Assembly: GCA_047495785.1 (NCBI GenBank)
Contig: JBLDXI010000003.1
Location: 2,852,001 to 2,916,000, forward strand
From: Lepidodermella squamata
Lineage: Eukaryota > Animalia > Gastrotricha
DNA: 64,000 nucleotides
Direction of reading: 5' to 3'
Each line of letters begins with the position of its first letter. Position 1 is the stretch's first letter. Of the stretch, positions 33,914 through 46,223 are shown piece after piece. The notes beneath the pieces are model-generated. The model made no database searches. It saw nothing but the letters and a program-made list of their open reading frames with translations, and had not been told where the DNA came from. A program made the position numbers and the translations under genes.

Positions 33914-34267
33914 AGGACGCCGCGGCTTGCAGAAAATCAGAGAAGGCGTGATATTTTTAATGAGGTCCAAAGTCCAACTCCACCAATCAATCATCTCATT
34001 ACATTTTTTGCAATCATCTCAAGCCTCTTTTTTACTTGAAATCAACGAGATCAACACATCTTTTCACAGCATCTGGCCGATCTTTTGCTGTAATTGAATT
34101 CTCAGCAGTTTTTAATTATTGACATTAAAAAAATTAAAATTTGATAAATTTAAAAAATTTCAATTTCTAAATTACCGGACAAAAAATTTAATCGTATTCA
34201 CGGAATAATTATTCACGGCGGGTGGCAACCAAGTCATGTAATGGGAGCTTCGAAGCCGCGGCGTCCT
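33914..34267. mobile_element. MITE with perfect 15-bp TIRs
   Basis: AGGACGCCGCGGCTT (33914-33928) and AAGCCGCGGCGTCCT (34253-34267), with an AT-rich non-coding interior. Confidence 0.6.
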
Positions 34268-34518
34268 ATCTGAGTTGGTGGATTCAGCCATTTACATATT
34301 TAAATTGGGTAAATTCTCAAGTTTTTTCTTGAGAAAATTTTTGTATTAATTTAATTTTTTGTAGTGATCCATGATTAAGTTATTAATAATTTCCGAAAGA
34401 AAAAAGTCTCTTAATTTATAACCTTGATTTCACACTTTATTCACAAGCTATATTATAAATTAATTTTCAGATCAATATAGCTTATCAAAAAAGTTCTTTT
34501 GACCATGTAAATTGGTCT

Positions 34519-35288
34519 TTAGTTGGAGACGCTGACGGACTTGCTGACGGAGTACGAGCCCTTGTTGGCCTTGTGACCGCCGAAATTGTGGCCCCACTTG
34601 TTTCCGAAATTATGGCCATACTTGTTTCCGAACTTGTGGCCGTATTCGTTTCCAAAGTTGTGGCCGTAGTCATTTCCGAAATTGTGTCCGTACTTGTTTC
34701 CGAACTTGTGGCCCCATTTGTTGCGGAAATTGTGGCCGTAGTTGTTGCCGAAGTTGTGGCCCCACTTGCCGCCCTTCTTGCCGTGCTTGCCGTATTTGCG
34801 AGCACCGAATCGGTTGTTGCGCTTGCCATGACGAGCACCCGAGAACGAGGCGGACCTGGAGAAGGAGACAGACTTGGAGACCGACTTGTTCTTGCCGTGC
34901 TTGCCGAACTTGTGACCACCGAATCGCTTGTTCTTGCGGTTGCCGGAGAACGAGGCGGACCGCGAGTAGGAAACAGATTTGGAGACCGACTTGGAGAAGG
35001 ATCCGCGGCGCTTGTTCATCTTGCGGCCGAACTTCTTGCCACCGTGGCGCTTCTTCGGGGCGTAGCCACCCTTCTTAACGAAACCTGCGTTGTTTTCGTA
35101 CGATCGGCTGACCGAGAGGCTGGTTTTCTTCGAGTAGCGGCGGTTCAGCTCTTTCGACTCGAACTTGTTAACCGTCGCATCGGCATAAGCTGACGGGGAA
35201 TAAAAAGGTTGACCTCGATCATCACTTGACCTAATTACTTACCGATGCAAATGAGGGCGAGAGCGGCGATAGCGAGACAAGCGCGCAT
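34519..35288 (-). CDS. Secreted basic protein with 8 tandem (K/N/D/E)(W/Y)GH(N/K)F(G/R)N octapeptides, 238 aa (long family member)
   Basis: Exon 1 35288-35243 (46 nt), exon 2 35189-34519. Signal peptide MRACLAIAALALICIAYADA. Shares KMNKRRGSFSKSVSKSVSYSRSASFSGN and the C-terminal KANKGSYS-x-SKSVS-x-SN with copies A-C. Confidence 0.88.
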
Positions 35289-36499
35289 TTTCCTGAGATT
35301 GATGATGCAATCGAAAAAATAATAAGGAAGATTACTGATAATTTTCTCGATGATTTCAATCCGCTTTTATACCGAGTTTTCGCTAATTAAAAAGTTATTC
35401 CAATGCGCAGAATCCTCTTTAAGTTCTGATAATTTGCGCATTATTCTTGAATATTCTGCAGCTAATGAGCGTTCTAAATTTTGAAAATTCAGAATTTTCA
35501 AATTATGATCCCAAAAAAATAAAAATTTATTCAAAATGAATTCGCAATTATGTCTCGTAATTTTTATCGGAATGTCATTTTACTTTGATCCATCATCAGG
35601 TATTTATTTCTATACGAGCAACTTTGTTTCACGTTTTCGACATGTTTGTCACTTTTATAGCACAAAATAGTAAGCCTCGATTTCGATATGGGGTTTCCCA
35701 TGGGGCTGGTTCCAATTCAACCGAGCCGACACCGAAGCGGAAAAATATGAATGTCATGTCTCCATTACGGCATCTTCTTCAAAGTGGCGGCGCCCCACTT
35801 CGGACTGAAATAAGGCCGATTCAAGTCAAGAAACCAGAGCGATCGAACATGAAGGCTTTCGTAACAAAGGTTGAAAGGATAACATTTAGGTGAAACGATG
35901 AAATTTAATTTCTATATGATATAGTGCTGCTGTGAATTAAAAACCGGAGCTAACCAATGCAATGCTGTTTCTGGAAACACGTGCAATAGCACAAATACGT
36001 TTTGTATTCACCCTGCTAAGGTAGATGGACTAACGATTTTCTCCAAATTTGTAAAAATTTAACATGAAGTTGCAGATGGCAAAAATTCATAGTGACGCCA
36101 ACTTTGCGTGGCCGTTTTCAACCAAGCGGAACGGGATTCTGCGGCAAAATCAATTGTTTCTAATTTATTTGTTGTAAATCAATTAATTAATGAAAGTTAT
36201 TATAAATTTCATAAAGAAAATAATTAAATTTCGCATTTCTATGGCGACTGGAATTGTTTATCGGCTGAAGTAGTCTCGCGTCGCCTCGCGTTTGCTGGTG
36301 CTGAGGCGTCAAGTGGCTAACGTGAGGTGGGTTAAGCTGGACTTGTACGTTTCCTGTTCGTTATCGGCCGATATATCCGTGTTGTAGGTGTACGATCCTA
36401 CTCCTGAGCATCCTCAGATTGTATAAACAGCCAGCCAAGTTCAGCACGCCTCAATATGCCTTCCTCAATCTTATAAGTATCTGTGAAACATGCGGTATT

Positions 36500-37030
36500 G
36501 TTACTCAAGAGTAAACAAATTATCCTTTCCATTATCATCCGTAGTTGCATTGCATCATTGAAGATGGTGAAAAAGAAATGATTACAAGTTCTGTGTTGTT
36601 CACATCCATTTATTGACTTTGCGAACAAAGAATCGACAGATAATGATTGAATAAATAATGCATTAGATAACATGGCCTACTGACATTCACCTCAACTAAA
36701 CTCAAGAACTTTTCACAGTATTGGTGAGGTATAGACGACAAGCAGCTGAAAAAAACAGGTCCAGATTGAAAGAACAAGTCTATTGCTGTTAGCTGGTTGT
36801 AGTAATACAATATGGTATGAAATAAGCTTGAATGACATCAATGTCTCCGCTGAATAGTTTCTAGCTGAAAGCAAGAGTCGAAGAAGTACTGAGTAGGTAT
36901 TCTTTAAAGTAGAATAAACAATTCCGAGATGAGGAAAGAAGTAAAAGTAAACTGATATAACAGTTTTGATCAGAGGTCACTCATGAGGAACACAAGCTCA
37001 TCAGATGTGATAAAGACATTTTAGATACTT
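36500..37030 (-). mobile_element. Possible decayed non-LTR retrotransposon (ORF2 3' region) remnant
   Basis: Frameshifted fragments PHL (~36925-36933) and LETIQRR (36844-36864) resemble the RPxLEY...LExIQRR motif downstream of RT in CR1/L2/Jockey elements. No intact ORF. Confidence 0.3.
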
Positions 37031-39059
37031 CATACTTCTGTTACTTCGGTTAATTCGCCAGCTAGGTCATCTAACGTCAATAGTACAAACAAATCAATCC
37101 GCTGCCAGTGAAAACGGGGCGAAATCAACAAATGCGTTGCTTATGAAGATAGGAAAGAAGTTGGAAAAACCCGTGACAGATCTGCATACCTCGGATGAAA
37201 TTACGCGAGTTTTCCGTATCTGTCACGCGTACTGTCACACATATCTGTAGAAGGCATCACTCGAATTTGAAAAGCCGTAATAAAATGCTCGAAAAAAGGC
37301 AATTTTTGCAATCAATCGTGAAAATAGATGGCATCTTATTTTAAAAAGCAGGCAATCAAGATCGCGAATTTGGAAGGATGACAAGTTGTACGAGAACACG
37401 AGAGGACAATACTGGTCTGACATAATCGCCATTGACAAAGGCAGTCGATGAAACACGCATGAACGTTGACTGCGATCGATTGGGCTGATGAGATTCGGCG
37501 ACTGAGTTTCAGAGCTAGGCATAGACAGCGTTTGTTGAAGTTGAGGAATTGGATCGAATATTGCAGCTAATGGAATCGTTTTCGGCGCGTGGAAGGACTA
37601 ACATAAGGAAATAAAAGGAAAATGATCGATTTGTTTTAACGAAATATTAAGGTGGAATTTTAACATTTATAGTGAAAAAATATTACGATTTTCGTACAAA
37701 TAAATTTTCAATAATTTTTCGATTTCGAGAATCCTTTCGGAAAGACTTTTACTGCGATTTTTCTAATTTAACTCCCATAATATAATTGTCCAGAGTAAAG
37801 GAAGGTTCAAACTTCAAAGTGAACGAAAGTCTCGCAAATATAGGGGCTTGAAAATTCTGCTTGAATTCGTTCAAGCTTCATGCTTCACGCTGATCGAAAT
37901 ACTACAACCAGACTAAAATTAGACTCCTTGCTCATTGAGACGTTCATAATTGGTCGAGATGCAGACTGAAATCACCGGAAAATTCGAGGAAACGCTGAAA
38001 AAGCCCTTTTTCAGGAAAACAGGCTTGAAAATCGATGATAACATTTCGCATTATTCAAACTGGACTTTAACGTCGAAAATTTAATGACTCTCCTCAAAGT
38101 CTAAAACTTCCTTCATAATTCCTAAACAGGGTTCCAAAGTAGGAAATTATGGACACTCCTCAAAGTTGAGCTGAAAAACTGCGATTTTTGTAGAACACTT
38201 TGCCCATTCAAAGCGGCCCCAATCTATTTTGGATATTAAAATTGAAAAAAGCTATTGACCAATTAGCGGAAAGTCTGGATCAGCAAGTGTTAAGGGTCAC
38301 GAAAAAACGAGGATTCAATGCGATAAATTCTTCGGACGGACCTGTCGGACTGTCAAAAACATTCGTACCCTGAGCTAACCATCAAGCTAACCATCATCCC
38401 TAAATTCGCCCCCATCCGCGAAAATGTTGCGATAACTTTCCGACTTTCCGCATGAAAGAAAATCTGAGATTGGCGACTTCAACCGCAAAATGAGCCGACA
38501 AACTCGCGCCGTCAAACAAGCAATTTTACGTTAAATTGAAGAAATTTAACGTGTTGAAATATCTAAAAGCTCTGGGTTAAAATATGACCCAACGGGGTGA
38601 AATCGAGTGAAATCGCGATGTAGAGACGTGCCTAGCTGGCAGCCAATTTCCACGTGATGAGACAATGGCCAGAAAATGATTACGACTTAATATTTGACTA
38701 ATTCATCCCAAAGGGTAGGAAAAACAACGAGGCAAACGAGTAAAACAAGATCGGGGTTCATTGGCTAAATTTCAATTAATACTGAATCGAAATAAAAAAT
38801 TCCCAAATTATTAGGAGAAACTGATTATTGAAAATTGGAATTTATTTATATTTTCTCGACCCGCCAGAAGAATGTCTTGTGAAACATGTATATCAGATTT
38901 TGAAAATAAAAAATAAAAAATCAAGGTAATTCCAAAATTTTTGAAAACTGGGAAAATTTTCAAATTAAAAAAATAAATAAATAAAATTGAAAATAAATTC
39001 AATATTTAATATTTGAAAGGTCAAGAGGCAGAAAGACAGAGGAAATAATTACCGTTAGG

Positions 39060-42000
39060 TCACTGATTGATGCCAACGAGAAATGGCCGTCTGTCATTGC
39101 AACTGGAATCGTCGTCAAAACGCCATTCGATGTCCATCCCGGCCGAGTGAATAACTTCATGAAGTCTGATGTTCTCCTTTTCCATGAGTTGCTTGGCCAC
39201 ACTGCAGCCGCTCGTGGGACAGGTTGTGTTGTCGCGCTCAGTCTTCGCCGATTTGTGCCCACGCTCGATGGCGACTGTGTTAAGGGCGAGAATGTCCCAC
39301 TTTTCAGTGGCGTCGAAGAAATGGGACCCGGCATCTGTAATAAAGTTAAATAATAAATCAATCGCAAAGATAAACAAGAAAGCCGTTAATTTACAGTGAC
39401 TGTAGGTAGTGTGCCGCTGCTTCAGGGTGAACATAAGGTCCTCCAGTTTGTGGAACTCTTCCTCACGCGGCCTTGGAACAGATCTCTTATTTTTAAAAAA
39501 GCGCAGTATCGACCGGAAAACTCGCGTAATTTCATCCAAGGTATGCAGATCTGTCACGCGCTTTTCAACTTCCTTCCTATCTTCATAAGCAACACCAGCA
39601 GCATCGAATTCGACGAATTTCTCGACAAATTGGTCGCTTGTCGCTTTCGCCACATTTTGAATCGCAGCCACAGATTTCTTCGAGGTCTTCATGATTTGTG
39701 TGTACTGACGTCTGAGGATCGATGTGTCGCATTTGCTGAAATGTGCTCGGACAACTTGGGCCCTGGTCAGCAGAGGTCTCGGCTCCGTGATGATAAGGTA
39801 ATGGCTAAGGAGAAAGGCATTAGCGGCATCGTCGTGAGTGGGCATGACAATGTCAACGCTGCAAGACGTGAATTGCGCGCCTTTGGCCGTCACTTTAATT
39901 TTCACGGCGTTTTTCGTAACACCACTGAGCGTTTCCATAATGGTCTTCGCCGTGTCCATCAGATTGCCGTCATACAGGATGGTAATTGTCTGGGAAAAGA
40001 GTTAAATAGCGGAAATCACTAATTATAATAATATTAAAAAAAAATTTGTTGAAAAAATGGAATAGTTTTAGGGACCCAAATTTATGTGTAACTAAGAGTC
40101 CAACGTAAAAATTTACCCGGAACCAAAAGATTCAAACACATTATTTTGAAAAATCCTGAAAATAACACAATAACTTCAAGCAACATAATTGGTCGCAATT
40201 TAATTCAGCTTGAGGTCAATTATCAGGCGGCAATTTGGTTCCGCTGATAGCAGGGCTTGTGAAAAATAATAAGGGTGAATACAAATAATGAAAATAACCT
40301 AGAATTTTTCAACGATATTCCTATCTCAATGAAATAATATCTCATGAATTTCAATTAAAGAGGGCGAAATACCGTTTTTCGGGAATTCATTCAGTAATTC
40401 ATCTGCCACACTGGCTATAAATGGCGAGAGAAAGTGATAAATTCATAGCCTTATCAAAGCAATTTAGCAAACGAAAAACACAAAGAGAGAACTATTTTAC
40501 CACTTTTATCAGCGTCTCGGAGTATCTAGCGTTGAAATGGAGCGAGTCTGGGATGATATTGGCAGCCTCAATGGGGAGCAGCGGCAGTTCAGTGTGGCCG
40601 AGGCCTTGCGCATTGACGTCGACAATTGCTTTTTTTGTCGACTTTTTCCCTGCGGGCGTGCGCCCAGCCACGGTGAAGCCGATCAACTTCCTCAGATTTG
40701 ACAAATCGCGATAGTTACGGTATTCTCGCCGCCCAGGAGTAGGGTCATCGGCTCGTTTCACGCATATGGGGCAGATGTAGTCGCCCACAGGTGACCCAGC
40801 ACCAAGGAGTACAATGGCAGCCATGACATCCACACATAGTAGAAATCGAAAGTGAAACGTTTCGCCCCAGATTTTCACGCCGTTCTCATCAACCGCGATG
40901 ATCTTTAAACAAATATAAAAAATATTACAATAAATTCTCAGGTATATTGATTGGTAAAATTCTTGAAAAAAATACATGGATTATTATTTGAAAATAGCTC
41001 AATAGTAGAGGCAAATCTATTTTGATTTAAACGGGAAATTCGAGCATTAGAAAATCCGAATTTTTTCATGGAATTAAATGGCGGGTTTACATAGATGAAA
41101 AAAAAGAAAGGAAGATGGAAAAGTCAGTGGGGTTAGAGGACATTTCTGAATTATTGGAAAAATTATTGGAAAGAAAGAGTTGGTAATTTTTGCATGGAAG
41201 TGAGGCGAAATGAACCGCGCTCGATGCGAGGCTTAACGGTCAACTGAATAACCAGAGCCATTTCAATTCTCGCAACCCTCAGCAACTCAGCAAAATATTC
41301 CACAAAAAACTCCGATTTTATAATTTCGGACAGAATTTCTAATTAAAAATGATTAAAATATTTTCCAATGCGAAAAAATAATTAGTTCTGAAATTTGTCA
41401 AATTTAAAAAATCGGAGAAATATGCGATCCACGCTAAAAGGTTCTGCGACCACTTGCTCGAAAAAAACAGGTCGGCCGTCAGGGATTCAAATTCAGGCGC
41501 GAATTCTTTTTAATATATTTGGTCCATTAATCGATTCGAATAATAAATTAAACCTGTTCGAAGACTTTTCCGTAATAGTGCGCTAGTTCTCCACGGCCTT
41601 CCTCGTCCAAAAATAAACCAATTGCCACTTCGTCACTAGTGGTGGGACTGGTTTTCTTTTCCACGAGGGTGACGTTCATGCGCTCCATCGGCTGGCCTTG
41701 TTGTCTTGCTGGCGTGTTGTCGAAACAGAGACGCAGCTCGTGAGGGTGATGTGATTGCAACGAATGAAGCCCAACCAAGACATACAGGACGTCAATGAAG
41801 TCGCGACAACACCCACCCGTTTGATTATTCTTGATCATCACCTGTTTGCCATCAACCTCCTTCGTTCTCTAAAAATTGGAAAAAAATGATTTCCGAATCC
41901 GTGTTTTTAGGCAGTTTAACAATTTAATTTTTAAACACCAAACGAGAAATTCTTAAATTTGCCCGAAATCGCAAGAAAAAAGGTATTCAGTCCCAAACTT

Positions 42001-45000
42001 GAACTCCAAAACCACAATTTTAAAAACCCAATTGATCCTCAAATAAACACGCTGTCTAAATGCTATTCCCGATCACGGGTATAGTTTCAATAAAATATGA
42101 TATTATTTCTCAGCAATTACACAAGGTTAAATGACGGCTCATTTGTCTTTTTATTCTTCTACAACACTTCTCTCTTCAATATTTATGTAATTAAAGGTCA
42201 TTATACTGTAAGTAGCGCATCAAGCATTCCGGTAAATCTAAGGCAGATATGTCTTCTGAGCGCTGATCCAGCCCCAGCCGTAATCGGTTTAACACAACTC
42301 GGCGTGCGATAGACATTAACGATAACATAGGCCGCTTCAATAATATACCGCCATAGTTGTTGGCAATTTCTAATATAAAAGGCCTGAGAAGGGGATTGTT
42401 CAGTATTAAGGACGAGTCATGGCTTTGAAATGCGCTCTCCTCCACTCGACAGCCGCATTGAGCAAACCTCTTGATGAAGAAATGAAATAGTACTAATTTT
42501 TCCTCCAAACTGATGTCAGGTTTGCAAAATTCAATCATAGCCAGGATAAGCCCGTGCCGACGGTCAGTTGCTGGGATGGCAGCTTGGGCACCGCTCACGG
42601 AGAAAATTGCGCGGACGAGACTTGACCCGTCGTCGCGTACCTCGTCATCTTCATCGATGAATTTAAAGGCAAATTGTAGAAACCCTGTTTGATGTGGCAA
42701 CAGGTATCTTTCATCGATGAAGCTGGACGGGCCGTAGAGAAATAAGTCGCGAATTTGTTCAAAATCTTCGTTCTCAAGGGAGATGCCGTGTTCGACACGC
42801 CACGCAAATTCAGTCATCGAGATTGACAGCATGTTTAACAATATATAGTAAATTAACCCGAACAAACTAAACAAACAGAGTTATTGTGACAGGGTTTGAA
42901 GTTAAATTTTCGACAAGGCTCGCCGTAGGACTCATATTTTGAGCTGCTTCAAATCTGGCCGTCTGTATTCCCAACAATAACACGAACGAAGTCCCCATCC
43001 AAGCCGAAAATCGAGCTTTGAACTTAAACGAAATCCAAGCCGAAATCTATGAACGACTGCCTGGAAGCGAAACGCAGACGAATAGGCGAGACCAGCCGAG
43101 ATACTTGGCCTTTGGATTTTATCACGACACAGCAACCACTCGTTTGGTACGGAGGTCGTCGGAGTGGAAAACTACTACTATCCACCCGCCCGCCCGCTGA
43201 TCAATAAAATCATTCAAGAAGCCGCAGGTTTCATGAATTTCTATCGCAAAACTGAGCTGAGTAAGGAATTCGGGATGTGGCAAGGTCATTGAGGTCAAAC
43301 GACAACTGGTGCTCTAACTCTCGAAATACTACTTTTCGGATAACTGAGTACATAAAATTTGCCAACCATCTTGCCAGCATGCTAGCCAGCTCTGTTAACT
43401 TGCCGCAAACATTAGAATTCATTCCTTCTTATTCTTTGAAATTCAAATACCATGCCTTAGTTAAAACATTGAATGAAAAGTTGTAAATAAAAAAATTTCC
43501 AATAAAATAATTAAGACATAATTGAAATATCGCCAGCTTTTATCTATCAGAAGAAGAAAAGCCGCAATTTGCTGTCCCAATAAATGCAGCGTGTCCAATA
43601 AGTAACGCAAGCAAAGAAAATACACAGGAAAGGGAAATACACATAAATAACTGTAAAATGAGAGACCAATTCACATCTAACGGCCAAAAATATTTAGAAA
43701 AATTAAAAAATTACTACAATGGTAATCAAGTATGCCAGTTGTTAAAAGGATCATAAAAGTCTAGAGAAATTTTGTCCAACGGGGTAAAATACCGAAAATT
43801 ACCGAACCAGTTACCATCGGGATTTTCCGGGTTTTCTCTGGTAAATTTCTAATTTATTCGGTTAAATCGGATAAATCAGATAAAAGTCGGACTTTTCTGT
43901 CGGTAGGTACAATTTAAAAAAAATATTTGAATTTCCAACAAAAAGTTGCCAAATTAAAAATAGTAGCGCAACTTTTGGGATTATTTTCCTGTGCGCGGGA
44001 TTTTAATTAAATAAACTTACAGGGTAAGGCTGGATTAGATGTAGCGGTAATGACTCAGCCAGACCTCTCCTCTCCTGCCTAAAGGTGGCTCGATTGATGG
44101 GGAACTTGGGAAGCAGGCTTTCTGTAGTCCGACTCGATATTTTGTTCGCAGTTTGGAAATACGCCATACTAAATTGAAATAACAAATAAAGATATTTAGT
44201 ACATAAATAGGTAATGTGGTAGATGAAAGTAGATAAGATAAATGTGAATTCGAGGTCAAACAGTTGTCTTCAAAAACTGAAATAATTACAGAGGAACCCC
44301 GATTTGTATGAACTTGGCGAAAAATCTGGCGAAAAAATAAAATTAAAAACGAAATTTTTTTTGAAATCGTGCAAAATAAGCAGGAAATAAAACAAAAAAA
44401 AATAAATCACCCTAGAAAAATCGGAAGCATCATAGTTAATTTATGATTAGGCATGGATTCGCATGCCCGAATGTAATCCAATGCCAGACCTAAATTAATT
44501 CATTGATATGATTCGTATACAATTCCGAGAAATGCTAGATATTTTTAACGCTTGCTTCACTCGGGAAAATCAACCAAACATTATGGTATAATGAAATGAG
44601 CAGAAAAACAACAAACTCTTGACAAGCTTGAGGAGACTTTGAGCCTAATGCGTTGCCGAAAGTGCGCACATAGGGTTTCATAACGCCTTTCAACGGCAAG
44701 TTCAAGGCTATGGTTGCTCCTGGGACGGATCGCTTCTTCAAGGTCGTTTCCAAGTCAGAGAACGTGGCAGCTCTTCGCCTGCACTGACCGGAAGCTGACA
44801 GGTCGGCATATTCTTTCGGCGGCTAAAAAACAAGAAAAATCGGCCAATTGAAAACCGATGTTATGTTCCTGAAATCTCACCCGATTCGTAGGTTCATTCA
44901 CCGAAGGTTGCGAAGAGGCAATAGTGTTGCGGCGTTTTGATGATTCGTGTGTCGTCTGTAGGAAAAAAAGTCATAGCATTTACAGCTAACGATTACTCTT

Positions 45001-45160
45001 AGCATTAGATACTTGTCGTCGTTTGGATGGTCGGCCTCGCTTCGGCTTCACCGCTGCAGATTGCTATAAATACCCAAATTTCTAAATTAATCAATAAATA
45101 TATCCTTGAAATTACCTGTTCATTAGTAGTAGGCTCCGATTCTGTTTCGCTAGGATCCAT
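39060..45160 (-). CDS. RAG1/Transib/Chapaev-type DDE transposase, 9 exons, 703 aa, catalytic residues intact
   Basis: Phase-consistent exons 45160-45116, 45063-45013, 44955-44881, 44822-44617, 44168-44021, 41868-41554, 40902-40501, 39989-39395, 39334-39060 (2112 nt, no internal stop). Motifs in RAG1-core order: AT-hook KRGRP, KEYADLSASGQCRRR, LRLCFD (D1), IGLFLDEE, FRFLLCVD (D2) with GDYICPIC, PLLP...IPDSLH...R, TTYSHYAGSH and AIERGHK (E). Confidence 0.82.
42191..42832 (-). CDS. SOCS-box protein, ~213 aa, intronless, nested in intron 5 of the transposase
   Basis: C-terminal PMLSLMSIARRVVLNRL...ISALDLPECLMRYLQY fits the SOCS box (BC box SLxxxC/ARxxV plus Cul5 box LPxxL). The N-terminal part is unrecognised. 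Confidence 0.65.
   Translation of the reverse strand: MLSISMTEFAWRVEHGISLENEDFEQIRDLFLYGPSSFIDERYLLPHQTGFLQFAFKFIDEDDEVRDDGSSLVRAIFSVSGAQAAIPATDRRHGLILAMIEFCKPDISLEEKLVLFHFFIKRFAQCGCRVEESAFQSHDSSLILNNPLLRPFILEIANNYGGILLKRPMLSLMSIARRVVLNRLRLGLDQRSEDISALDLPECLMRYLQYNDL
43587..43991. mobile_element. Tc1/mariner-type MITE, degenerate copy (family of 58746-59127)
   Basis: Begins CAGCGTGTCCAATAAG. Interior GGTAAAATACCGAAAATTACCGAACCAGTTACCATCGGGATTTTCC matches the reverse complement of ~58896-58943. Confidence 0.7.
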
Positions 45161-45721
45161 ATTGTTTTAAATGAAAAAACTAGACAAAAGAGCCAGAGAA
45201 ATTACAAAAAATAATGGGGGAAATAAGTGGGCTGAAAATTAATGAAGATGTAGGCAAAAACGTGATTAAGAGATAATAAAATGGCTGAGACTAGAAAAAA
45301 TTTAGAGAATTAGGCGAAAGTGACAGATTGCGACAGTTCGGAACAGAGGAGGTAATTACGTACAAATAATTGGCAACGAGACAGACAGCTTAAAAATTAA
45401 ATAAAAATTAAAAATAATATTAATAAATGATAATGAAAAATTTTATTCACTAAAGCGAGTAAAATTTTTAGGAAAGATGAGCAATGCTTGGTCGCTATTT
45501 GGACTTTATATCACTGTACTAATTGGATCCATGCTTGATGCATGGTGCGTCGAGTGGACTCATTAGAAAGTTATTGCGTTTTGTAATTATTTATAATGAG
45601 AATTCCAATTAAATTACTAGAAGTTGAGAAATTCTGGCTGTTCAGCAACGGAGGGAACATTGGCAATCATACCCATTTGAAGAAAGAAGATATTTTTCAT
45701 TTTACACTAACAAATTTGGTT

Positions 45722-46223
45722 ATGAAATTGCGTCGTCGGCCAACAAAGCGCCCGCACCGTTATGTGCCTGTGAACTTTCGTCAAGCGAAGCAGGCAAGGC
45801 GATTGGTGAGGAACGGTCCGGCCTACGGTCCGCTCCGCGCCCTTGGATCTTATGTATTCCGCGACCTGAAGCGGCGAAGAAGGTCGACGGCAGTGGTCAC
45901 CTGCCGGGAACGTGCCCCAATTAGCCGTGTTCGTTTCGAAGCGCTTCAGGATCGGTGAGTAATAAATTATTATAATTGGAAATGATAAGGTTAACCCTTA
46001 AATTTCATTCAGATTCAACCAGATAAGATCACGGCGCCGATTTCAAATAAGCACAATTGAGCTTCAGCACTTAATTGGGCTGAATGAAAATGACGAGAGG
46101 CTACATTCCACATTAGTGGGACCAACGGCAACCCTTTGGTTCAAGCGACTGGAGGACGATATATCTCCTGACTGGGGAGAACTTGTGTTAACTTTTCGCT
46201 TGCAAAGAATGCAAATAAATTGA
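45722..46223 (+). CDS. Small basic two-exon protein (147 aa) with a C-terminal retrotransposon-gag-like motif; head-to-head with the transposase
   Basis: Exons 45722-45954 (GTGAGT donor) and 46013-46223 join in frame. Arg-rich N-terminus. LVGPTATLWFKRLEDDISPDWGELVLTF resembles the LxGxAxxW...WxxLxxxF gag capsid motif. Confidence 0.5.

Noticed and set aside
40200-40450. Possible extra transposase exons in intron 7
   Set aside because: Candidate frames hit stops or have incompatible phase, and 40501 joins 39989 cleanly in phase 0.
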